From an uncultured candidatus Porisulfidus sp. (lineage in GTDB: Bacteria > Pseudomonadota > Gammaproteobacteria > Poriferisulfidales > Oxydemutatoraceae), in contig OZ244052.1 of NCBI GenBank assembly GCA_965215125.1, positions 1,696,001 through 1,760,000 of the forward strand: DNA of 64,000 nt, written 5' to 3'. Below are positions 56,458 through 64,000 of this stretch, in pieces (within the stretch, counting starts at the first letter, position 1; every line of letters starts with the position of its first letter). The notes beneath the pieces are model-generated. The model was not told where the DNA came from. It worked only from the letters and a program-made list of their open reading frames with translations, and did not search any database. The position numbers and the translations under genes were made by a program.

Positions 56458-58307
56458 GTTATCCTATTTGCGTGTTGTATTAAAAGCCCCGCACTTTGGT
56501 GTTCCAGTATGTTGCGTATCTCTTTGTTGTACGACATCGCCCAGGTATAGAGCAATAGTAGCGGGATTGCAACATATAGACCCAGCAGGGTAGTCACCAA
56601 CGCTTGGCTGATACCTTGTGCCATGATTTTAGGATCGTTGGTGCCGAATAAACTAATCGCTTGGAAGGTTTCTATCATACCGAGTACGGTGCCCAATAAA
56701 CCCAGCAACGGGGCTGCGATGATCAGCACCTTGATTGTACTGAAGCCCCATTCCAGCAGTGGTGTTTCTCTCAGCACCGCTTGCTCGATCCGCCATTCTG
56801 CCTCTTCCGCATTGCTACTTAGATCGGCGATACTCAAGATTCGTCCGAGTGGATTGCCGGAGTCGTATTCGGTAGCATATCTCTGTTTTTCTACCGAGCG
56901 TAGGCATTGCCGTAAAAGAACGATTTTGTACACCACCAATAGGATGCCGTATATGCCCAGTACCGATATAAGATATGCGACCCACCCCCCTTGCCATACA
57001 CGATCCATCACGCTCAGAGAGGCATCCAGAGTTGTCAACACCGCACCTTGTGATAGATCTACCGGTGCTCTTAGGAAGCCGACATCCAGATCGGCTTTGC
57101 TAATGCCGTCGGCAATCAACAATAAGAACGGGCTAGGGGATTTGGCTAGCACGACGGGGCGATTGACAGCTGCGGCGTAGCTTAGAAGTTCACCGTCGTA
57201 TAGCAAGTTGAAAGGTCCTATGTGGACGATTTCTCGCATAGTGGATGTGCCGTCTTCCAGTATTATTTCGGTGTCGAAGAAACTCGTTTGCGCTTGTAGC
57301 TTATAAAGTTCTATGAATAACGCTTGCAAGGTTTCAATGTGGGCTATGTCGACGATTTGATCGTTTTGCAATAGCGGATTCAGGTTGTTGCGATAGTCGG
57401 GCAGTAACAAGGGTATGAAAGATCCGGCGATCATTGTTTGTAGTTCCTCGGCAGTATTGCGGACGATCGCAATTAGTTCTTTTGCTTGCCCCAGCCTCCG
57501 ATAATACGCAGATTGCAGTTCGGAGACTTGTTGCTTTTTGTCTTCGAGCAGTGTCTCTAAAGCTGTTATTTCTGTAGGTGTTTGCTGCGTCTGTGCAGGT
57601 ATCGTCGTGCCTTCCGAGGTCTGTTCTACGGGAGGAATGTTGCGTGCGGCAGGCTGTGTCAACTGGACGGGCAGTAATAAAATCCCCGGTGCCACACCTT
57701 TGTGCGCAACATTAAAAGCCTGCTCGATCGGATAGCGGTACCTGTTGTTTAACGCATGCCAATCGGAGGTGTGTCGGTTCCAAGCACCCACTTGCCGACC
57801 GTCCAAACTTTTATAGATCAAGATATTTCTACCGATGTGCATGAAATCGACGACTAGGTCCTCTTCATCGAGTTTTCCTCTATAGCTTTCAAAAGAGAAG
57901 CCGTATTCGGCTTCAATGCGGTAAGCCTCTAGTATGCGGCGTATCTTTTCTGTTGTATCTAAATCGGATGAAGTCATCATGTTGCGCAAACCCTTGATGC
58001 GTAGGCTGCGTTCCGAGTGGAGAAAGGGTAGGTCTAGCTCAATCCATGCTTGCAATTCGGCTATCAGTTGTTCGGCTAAAATCAAGAGATCGGAGTCCGT
58101 TATCTTCGGTTTGTCCAGTTGTTTTTTATAAATCCCGATGGCGTTATTCTGCTCGGATATCACTTGTTGCAGTTGTTCCGCATAAACCTCCGAGGATTGC
58201 GGCTGCGCCTCTACAGAGGTGTAGCTTTCGTTTGCCGACAGCAAAGAAAGCGATGTCCGGCATATCAGGAAGACGGCAATTAATGGTTTTATCAATACGA
58301 ACTTCAT
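56454..58307 (-). CDS. Fused DUF3450 (TtpB-like) and TtpC-like MotA/TolQ/ExbB protein
   Basis: N-half: signal, D.PF...ER..R...L..M...D....EK.RR.LEAY.IE..YG...E.Y and GR..L.Y.SLDG. C-half: V.IG.FN, APVD.S.G, QGG.V.Y, NPLGR, APLLGLLGTV.GMI.TFQ.I.LFGT.DPK.MA.GIS.AL.TT. Start at ATG 58307; the longer ORF overlaps the tRNA. Confidence 0.8.
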   Translation of the reverse strand: MKFVLIKPLIAVFLICRTSLSLLSANESYTSVEAQPQSSEVYAEQLQQVISEQNNAIGIYKKQLDKPKITDSDLLILAEQLIAELQAWIELDLPFLHSERSLRIKGLRNMMTSSDLDTTEKIRRILEAYRIEAEYGFSFESYRGKLDEEDLVVDFMHIGRNILIYKSLDGRQVGAWNRHTSDWHALNNRYRYPIEQAFNVAHKGVAPGILLLPVQLTQPAARNIPPVEQTSEGTTIPAQTQQTPTEITALETLLEDKKQQVSELQSAYYRRLGQAKELIAIVRNTAEELQTMIAGSFIPLLLPDYRNNLNPLLQNDQIVDIAHIETLQALFIELYKLQAQTSFFDTEIILEDGTSTMREIVHIGPFNLLYDGELLSYAAAVNRPVVLAKSPSPFLLLIADGISKADLDVGFLRAPVDLSQGAVLTTLDASLSVMDRVWQGGWVAYLISVLGIYGILLVVYKIVLLRQCLRSVEKQRYATEYDSGNPLGRILSIADLSSNAEEAEWRIEQAVLRETPLLEWGFSTIKVLIIAAPLLGLLGTVLGMIETFQAISLFGTNDPKIMAQGISQALVTTLLGLYVAIPLLLLYTWAMSYNKEIRNILEHQSAGLLIQHANRIT

Positions 58308-58317
58308 GGTTTTAAGG

Positions 58318-58394
58318 TGGCGCGCCCGAAAGGATTCGAACCTCCGACCCCCTGGTTCGTAGCCAGGTACTCTATCCAACTGAGCTACGGGCGC
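58318..58394 (-). tRNA. tRNA-Arg(ACG)
   Basis: GCGCCCGTAGCTCAGTTGGATAGAGTACCTGGCT-ACG-AACCAGG...GGTTCGAATCC...GGGCGCGCCA. Confidence 0.96.
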
Positions 58395-58440
58395 ACGTAC
58401 GGTTGACTAATATAACACATAGGGCGGCATTCCTCTTCTT

Positions 58441-58555
58441 GTAGGGGCGGGCTTGCATGTCTGCCCGAAAGGGTGCAGGCGTTAGCCTGACGGGATGGTC
58501 GCCGGGGTTCCGCACAAGGTACAGTGTTGGTACATTCCCCTCCTTCGGAGGGGAA
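58441..58555. repeat. Repeat modules (GTAG-REP and CCCCTCC/GGAGGGG module)
   Basis: GTAGGGGCGGGCTTGCATGTCTGCCC at 58441-58466; CAGGCGTTAGCCTGACGGGATGGT; GGTACATTCCCCTCCTTCGGAGGGGAA. Confidence 0.72.
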
Positions 58556-58602
58556 TTAGTTGCATTTGCTCTATTGGGCGAGCAATGGTACTCTATGCAG
58601 TG

Positions 58603-59208
58603 ATGTTTAGCGGAATTATAGAGGCGGTTGCCAAGTTATCGGTAAGCGATGTATCACGAAGCCCACGCCGTCTTTGTTTTGAAACCCAATTCGATGCGAG
58701 CCGGCAGCTTTCAATCGGTGCGAGTATTGCGGTGGACGGCGTGTGCTTGACGGTAGTGGAGTTCGACTCGCATTACTTTTGCGTTGAAGCGTCCGACGAG
58801 ACTTTATCGTGTACCACATTGAAAGAATTGAACATAGGGGATCGGGTTAATGTGGAATCGGCACTGGCGGTGTCGGACCGTTTTGACGGTCATTTGGTCA
58901 GTGGTCATGTCGACGGGGTCGGCACCATATCGGAGATCAAAACCGAAAATCAAACCCGATGGTTGCAAATAGAACCCCCCGAGCATTTGATGAAATACAT
59001 CGCACTCAAAGGTTCGGTATGTGTCAACGGCACGAGCTTGGTATCGCACAAAGTTTCGGACTCTAATTTTCATGTTAATCTTATTCCTCATACTTTGCAG
59101 ATGACAAGTTTTGCGGATAAGAAAGTCGGCGATTGTGTCAATGTAGAGGTGGACTTGGTTGCCCGTTATATTGAACGCTTATTGAAGATGCAAAGCGATC
59201 ATGGTTAA
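58603..59208 (+). CDS. ribE: Riboflavin synthase
   Basis: Canonical N-terminus MFSGIIE; SIAVDGVCLTV, GHLVSGHVDG, KGSV.VNGTSL, IPHT and VNVEVD..ARY. Confidence 0.95.
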   Translation: MFSGIIEAVAKLSVSDVSRSPRRLCFETQFDASRQLSIGASIAVDGVCLTVVEFDSHYFCVEASDETLSCTTLKELNIGDRVNVESALAVSDRFDGHLVSGHVDGVGTISEIKTENQTRWLQIEPPEHLMKYIALKGSVCVNGTSLVSHKVSDSNFHVNLIPHTLQMTSFADKKVGDCVNVEVDLVARYIERLLKMQSDHG

Positions 59209-59539
59209 AAAAAGCAGATCTAAGCAAAATCACAGTATCACATTGCGCGTAATCGGCATTGGATTATTTATGGTTCTTTTATCTTTGCTTGTCTCGTTGT
59301 TCGGTGAACGCGGTGTATTGGAACTTTGGGAACTAAAGCGCGCCAATGCGCTTGAGGCAGCTAACAACGAGGTATTGAGAGAACGTAACCAAAGGCTGAT
59401 GAGCGAGATTGCCGATTTGAAACACGGCGGTAGCGTTCTCGAAGAACTGGCTCGTGAAGATTTAGGTATGATTAAGCCCGGTGAGACCTTTTTCAAAGTC
59501 ATAGAAAAGCAAGGTACGGCAGAGGATACACCGCAGTGA
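59201..59539 (+). CDS. ftsB: Cell division protein FtsB
   Basis: TM segment, G.RG, leucine zipper, EELAREDLGMIKPGETFF; precedes ispD. Confidence 0.9.
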   Translation: MVKKSRSKQNHSITLRVIGIGLFMVLLSLLVSLFGERGVLELWELKRANALEAANNEVLRERNQRLMSEIADLKHGGSVLEELAREDLGMIKPGETFFKVIEKQGTAEDTPQ

Positions 59540-60243
59540 CGAGGTGTTGGGGCATCGTGCCGGCGGCCGGTATGGGGCAGCGTATGAATGTCAACCGGCC
59601 CAAGCAATATATAAAGGTGGCAGGCAAACATATCATAGAACATAGCCTTGCACCATTGCTACGATGCACTTGGGTCGATACGATAGTTGTTGCACTCGGC
59701 AAAGACGATAGCTATTGGCAGCACACATCTATTTCAAATGATCCGCACATAGCGGTGTGTTGCGGTGGGCCGAGCCGTGCGCAATCGGTGCGCAACGCAC
59801 TGGCGCAATTAAAAGCCGATGCAAAAGACTGGGTCGTTGTTCACGATGCGGTAAGACCTTGTCTTAAAACCGAAGCCTTGGAACAATTTATCAAATCTAC
59901 TTGGGAAAATCCTGTCGGTGCGATATTGGCAATTGCTATCAGCGACTCAATCAAACGTGTGCAACGCACCGCAGATCACAATGGCTTACGCGTCGTTGAC
60001 ACCTTGAATCGAGACGATTTATGGGTGCGCGCCGCAACGCCGCAAATGTTTCGTTATCGCTTGCTATGCGACGCTTTGGATAAAGCACTTAACGACGGTA
60101 TCGGCATAGACGACGAAGCCGTTGCCATGCAGCATACAAAGCACGAGGTGCGTGTGGTATTGGGCGATGCGCAAAACATTAAAATTACCTATCCTGCCGA
60201 TTTAGAAAACGCTCGGCGATGGTTGGGTGACACACAACGATGA
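59536..60243 (+). CDS. ispD: 2-C-methyl-D-erythritol 4-phosphate cytidylyltransferase
   Basis: PAAG.G.RM....PKQY, VHDAVRP, TPQMF and NIKITYP.DL. Confidence 0.95.
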   Translation: MTRCWGIVPAAGMGQRMNVNRPKQYIKVAGKHIIEHSLAPLLRCTWVDTIVVALGKDDSYWQHTSISNDPHIAVCCGGPSRAQSVRNALAQLKADAKDWVVVHDAVRPCLKTEALEQFIKSTWENPVGAILAIAISDSIKRVQRTADHNGLRVVDTLNRDDLWVRAATPQMFRYRLLCDALDKALNDGIGIDDEAVAMQHTKHEVRVVLGDAQNIKITYPADLENARRWLGDTQR

Positions 60244-60740
60244 AAGCCGGCATAAGAATAGGTAGCGGTTTTGATGTACATGCTTTTTGCGAGGGTGATC
60301 ATTTGTATATCGGCGGCCTTAAAATTCCTTATCAATACGGTTTGAAAGCGCACTCCGACGGCGATGTATTATTACACGCACTTTGCGACGCTTTACTCGG
60401 GGCTGCCGCCCTAGGCGATATCGGTGGTCACTTCCCCGACGACGACGACCGTTTCAAGGATATCGATAGCAAACATTTGCTAAAACAAGTGTGCCTGATG
60501 GTGGCGGACAAAGGCTATAAAATCGTCAATGTTGATGCGACGGTGATTGCACAAGCACCTAAATTATCGCCGTTCGTCGTAAAAATTAGACAATCCGTCG
60601 CCGAGCTGCTCAATGTCCCCGAGGCGTGTGTCAATATCAAGGCAACGACTACCGAGGCTTTGGGTTTTATCGGTCGTCGAGAAGGAGTTGCCGCACACGG
60701 CATCGTATTAATCGAAAAACATGAGTCACCAAAAGCATAA
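60240..60740 (+). CDS. ispF: 2-C-methyl-D-erythritol 2,4-cyclodiphosphate synthase
   Basis: RIG.GFDVH, HSDGDVLLHAL.DALLGA and KATTTE.LGF.GR.EG. Confidence 0.96.
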   Translation: MKAGIRIGSGFDVHAFCEGDHLYIGGLKIPYQYGLKAHSDGDVLLHALCDALLGAAALGDIGGHFPDDDDRFKDIDSKHLLKQVCLMVADKGYKIVNVDATVIAQAPKLSPFVVKIRQSVAELLNVPEACVNIKATTTEALGFIGRREGVAAHGIVLIEKHESPKA

Positions 60741-62661
60741 ATTGATAGACTTGAGCTTTGACGCGTTATCCGAGCGCGGCAAACTTGCCGGAGTGATTAG
60801 CAATTTCAACGCTCGTAGCGAACAGCAAAAGATGGCAGCGGCGGTTGCCGAGGCAATTTCGGCACAACACGATTTGGTTTGCGAGGCGGGCACCGGCATC
60901 GGTAAAACTTTTGCTTATTTGGTACCCGCCTTGCTGTCCAAAAAGCGCACCATAGTCTCCACCGCAACACGCCATCTGCAAGACCAGATTTATTTTAAGG
61001 ATTTGCCGGTGGTTATAGATGCGCTGGAGATTGATTGCCGGCCGGCACTACTCAAGGGGCGGGCGAATTATTTGTGCATGGAAAGAATGAATCAGGCGAC
61101 GACCCAACCGGTATTGGATAAAACACGCGCTGCTAAAATCAATCAAGTGGAACAATGGTCCTTTGAGACCACCGACGGCGACATTAGTTCGATGTCCGCT
61201 ATCGCAGAGGATGATTCGCTGTGGTCGTGGTTGACTTCTACTGCCGAAAATTGCTTGAGAAAAGATTGCCAGTATTACGATAGTTGCTATGTCGTGAACG
61301 CTCGTCAAAAAGCTGCGGAAGCCGATGTGGTCATTATCAACCATGCGCTATTGATGGCGGACATGACACTCAAAGAAGAAGGTTTTGCAGATTTTTTGCC
61401 GCAAGCCGAATTAATAATCGTGGACGAAGCCCATCAGCTAAAAGATTTTGCCGAAAGAAATTTCACCGAGAGCTTTAGTAGCCGGCAGTTCACCGACTTA
61501 CTGAAGGAAATCAGCGGGCTGGTCAAAGAGGACTCCGAACCTGACATGCGTATAACGGATTTGATAGGCTCGTGCACTAAGAGTTTTAGACGGTTCTCCG
61601 GACTTTTTCAAACTTTAGGCGAGCGGGCACCGATTAAGGCTTTGCGAGAGCATCCTTCCTTTGCCGAATACTACCAACATTTTGTAGAGCACGGCAACGC
61701 ACTGATACGCGCACTCGCACCGTATAAGGTAAAGTCCGAGCAAGGGGAGAACTGCACGCAGCGCATTACGACGATGCTTAAGTTTATAGAGTCGGTCTGT
61801 AGGTCGGACGATGATGCCAAAGTAGGAGAGGTCGCCGGGCTGGCGTGGATTAATCGCCATTCGAAGACTTTCCATATTTATTTGAGTCCCGTAGATATCT
61901 CCGGTTTACTGGCGGAAAAAAGCAAACAGTATAACGCCAACTGGGTATATACCTCTGCGACGCTTTCGGTGAAAGACGATTTTTCATATTTTTTATCCGA
62001 TTGTGGCGATGACAACAAGCCGTGCAAATCTTTTGCAAGCCCCTTCGATTATCAAGCGCAGGCAGCACTGTATTTGCCCGATCGAATGCCGCTACCTAGT
62101 GATGAAGGTTATACCGACCGCTTAATGAAGCAAGTTGCTCCGATACTATCGATGTCCAAAGGACATGCCCTGTTGTTATTCACGAGTTATAAGGCACTGT
62201 ATCAAGCCGAAGAACTTCTAAAGACCGGCGATCAATATACCTTGTTGGTGCAGAATAAAGCACCCAAGCAGGCACTCATCGGTCGTTTCATTGAAGAAGA
62301 TAATGCGGTGTTGTTGGGTACTAGTAGCTTTTGGAACGGAATAGACCTGAAAGGAGACACCTTGCGTTGCTTGGTCATAGACCGCCTGCCTTTTAGAATG
62401 CCCGACCCGTTGTTACAAGCGCGCGAGGCTTTTTATAAAAAGGCCGGGCGAGATTTTTTTAAGGAGTATGTTTTGCCGGAGGCGATTATTACGCTACGAC
62501 AGGGTGTAGGTCGTCTAATTCGTAGCGAAACCGATACCGGAGTCGTTGTCATCGGCGATCCGCGTCTAAAAAGAATGAATTACGGAAGCATTTTTTTGCG
62601 TAGTCTGCCCGACATGAGGCGGTGTCACGATATTACATCGCTCGGTCCCTATCTGAAATAA
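60721..62661 (+). CDS. yoaA: DinG/YoaA-family Fe-S ATP-dependent DNA helicase
   Basis: EAGTGIGKT, KGRANYLC, C...C....C Fe-S ligands, DEAH, SATL and QG.GRLIR; upstream of tsaB. Confidence 0.9.
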   Translation: MSHQKHKLIDLSFDALSERGKLAGVISNFNARSEQQKMAAAVAEAISAQHDLVCEAGTGIGKTFAYLVPALLSKKRTIVSTATRHLQDQIYFKDLPVVIDALEIDCRPALLKGRANYLCMERMNQATTQPVLDKTRAAKINQVEQWSFETTDGDISSMSAIAEDDSLWSWLTSTAENCLRKDCQYYDSCYVVNARQKAAEADVVIINHALLMADMTLKEEGFADFLPQAELIIVDEAHQLKDFAERNFTESFSSRQFTDLLKEISGLVKEDSEPDMRITDLIGSCTKSFRRFSGLFQTLGERAPIKALREHPSFAEYYQHFVEHGNALIRALAPYKVKSEQGENCTQRITTMLKFIESVCRSDDDAKVGEVAGLAWINRHSKTFHIYLSPVDISGLLAEKSKQYNANWVYTSATLSVKDDFSYFLSDCGDDNKPCKSFASPFDYQAQAALYLPDRMPLPSDEGYTDRLMKQVAPILSMSKGHALLLFTSYKALYQAEELLKTGDQYTLLVQNKAPKQALIGRFIEEDNAVLLGTSSFWNGIDLKGDTLRCLVIDRLPFRMPDPLLQAREAFYKKAGRDFFKEYVLPEAIITLRQGVGRLIRSETDTGVVVIGDPRLKRMNYGSIFLRSLPDMRRCHDITSLGPYLK

Positions 62662-62669
62662 TCCGCCCG

Positions 62670-63362
62670 ATGAACGGTGTGCCGGACAATTCTAATATCT
62701 TAGCGGTTGATACTGCGACCGAAGCCTGCTCGGCGGCATTATTGAGCAACGGCGTGGTTCATCAACGTTTTGATATAGTACCCCGTCAACATCACAGCTT
62801 AATATTTGAAATGTGTCAGGCTGTTTTGACCGAAGCAAAAATAGATACCGCCGAACTGGATGCGTTGGTCTATGGACGCGGGCCGGGCTCTTTTACCGGT
62901 GTGCGAATCGCTGCATCTTTGGTGCAAGGCTTAGCGTATGCCCATACTCTGCCGGTGGTGGCAATCTCCGACCTGCGAGCGGTTGCCCTGCAAGCGTTGG
63001 CACAGAGCGATGAGACACAAGCCTTAGTTGCAATGGATGCGCGTATGGAAGAAGTCTATTACGGCTATTTTGAAAAAGACGGTGATTTGGTGAGAGCAAT
63101 AACCGATGAAGCCATTGCCGAGCCGGAGCAATTAGTGGTGCCCGATACATTCAAAGGTATAGTTGCGGGTACTGCGGTGCCGATCTATCGTGCCGTACTA
63201 GAACAAACTTTGGGCGAGCGATTGATACAATGGTATGTATCCGAACTGCCTCGAGCGACCACACTGCTACGCCTAGCGATGCTACCGCTTTCATCGGGTG
63301 ATACGCTACCAGCCGACCAAGCCTTGCCGGTATATTTACGCCACCCGGTACAAAATGCGTAG
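62670..63362 (+). CDS. tsaB: tRNA threonylcarbamoyladenosine biosynthesis protein TsaB
   Basis: ILAVDTATEACSAAL, GRGPGSFTGVRI, MDARMEEVY and P.YLR. Confidence 0.94.
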   Translation: MNGVPDNSNILAVDTATEACSAALLSNGVVHQRFDIVPRQHHSLIFEMCQAVLTEAKIDTAELDALVYGRGPGSFTGVRIAASLVQGLAYAHTLPVVAISDLRAVALQALAQSDETQALVAMDARMEEVYYGYFEKDGDLVRAITDEAIAEPEQLVVPDTFKGIVAGTAVPIYRAVLEQTLGERLIQWYVSELPRATTLLRLAMLPLSSGDTLPADQALPVYLRHPVQNA

Positions 63363-63365
63363 AGA

Positions 63366-63652
63366 CAGGCGAAGCCTGACGGGGTGGTTGTGTCGTATCT
63401 GTACTATGTTTATACATTCATCCATCCAATTTATGGAAACCAAAACCAAATGGCGCAAGCGGTTGGTGTCGTGCAGAACGGTACTTAAGGGCAGACACAC
63501 AGGTCTGCCCTACGGCTTGGTGGTTATTATAAATTCACGGTGCAAGCGGTTACGGTTGCACGCTGACGATACTTTTTCAACAGCCCCTTCATGTCTGAGC
63601 AAGTAAAGTGACGGTTCTATTTATGCAGCACCAATACTTTTTCAACAGTCCC
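63366..63652. repeat. Composite repeat copy with two tandem right-end TIR motifs
   Basis: 63409-63587 closely matches 13001-13181. REP at 63489-63513. ATACTTTTTCAACAG occurs at ~63569 and ~63634. 63610-63652 matches 25843-25886. Confidence 0.78.
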
Positions 63653-64000
63653 ACTTTTGTCGTAGCGCAAAGGTGCATCCACATTGATATTACGACAATC
63701 GTAATGTTCAAAACGAACCGTGCGACCTGCATATGTGAAAGAGGAGAACAATTCCATAGGACATGTTTTGCTCAGTTGTCTCAACTTCGAAGAGGGTCCT
63801 GCGTTTATCGGTTCCCAGACGCTATCGCGAATCCATACGAATTGTTTGTTTTTAGAGAGTATTCTTAAAACTCCATTTGGATAAATCAGTGCACAAATAA
63901 GCAAACTGCCGTTTTGAGGGTTGGAACTAAACTATAGTACTTTCCTAAAGTTCTATCATTTTAGATACTTAAATAATATGTCATCAAACAACTGAAAACG

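Noticed and set aside
58395-58602. FMN riboswitch upstream of riboflavin synthase
   Set aside because: The hairpins match the repeat modules seen elsewhere; conserved RFN-element motifs were not seen.
3300-63150. Numerous 60-240 aa antisense or alternative-frame ORFs overlapping housekeeping genes
   Set aside because: These are shadow ORFs without recognisable motifs that overlap well-supported genes.

Overview
64-kb window of a gammaproteobacterial chromosome. It probably belongs to a sulfide oxidiser and possibly to a host-associated lineage; this is an inference from gene content, not a taxonomic assignment. The backbone is housekeeping: birA-coaX-nagZ-mscS, lpxB, gatCAB, purL, metK-ahcY-rsmE, ispG, mfd, fccAB, ccmA-I, lolE/lolD, a TonB2/Ttp-like motor, ribE-ftsB-ispD-ispF-yoaA-tsaB and three tRNAs. 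Accessory elements are scattered through it: two very large GLUG-repeat surface-type proteins, a type III restriction-modification pair, two divergent GT25 glycosyltransferases, an sxtJ-sxtK-carbamoyltransferase-SGNH module, and two small membrane ORFs that split the ccm operon. Three observations stand out. (1) An apparently intact TnpB RNA-guided nuclease gene is enclosed by 27-bp terminal inverted repeats (25/27 match) resembling IS1595-family DDE-type ends rather than IS200/IS605 hairpin ends, with no transposase inside. (2) Both giant GLUG proteins end in a shared extreme C-terminal motif, IxIR(xx)V[KR]VFLEGxL[QR]-stop, a candidate sorting or anchoring signal. (3) A modular intergenic repeat system (MITE-like TIRs, two GTAG/ATAG REP types and further modules) fills many of the larger intergenic gaps and brackets the R-M locus. 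All calls come from reading the sequence and recognising motifs; no database searches were run.
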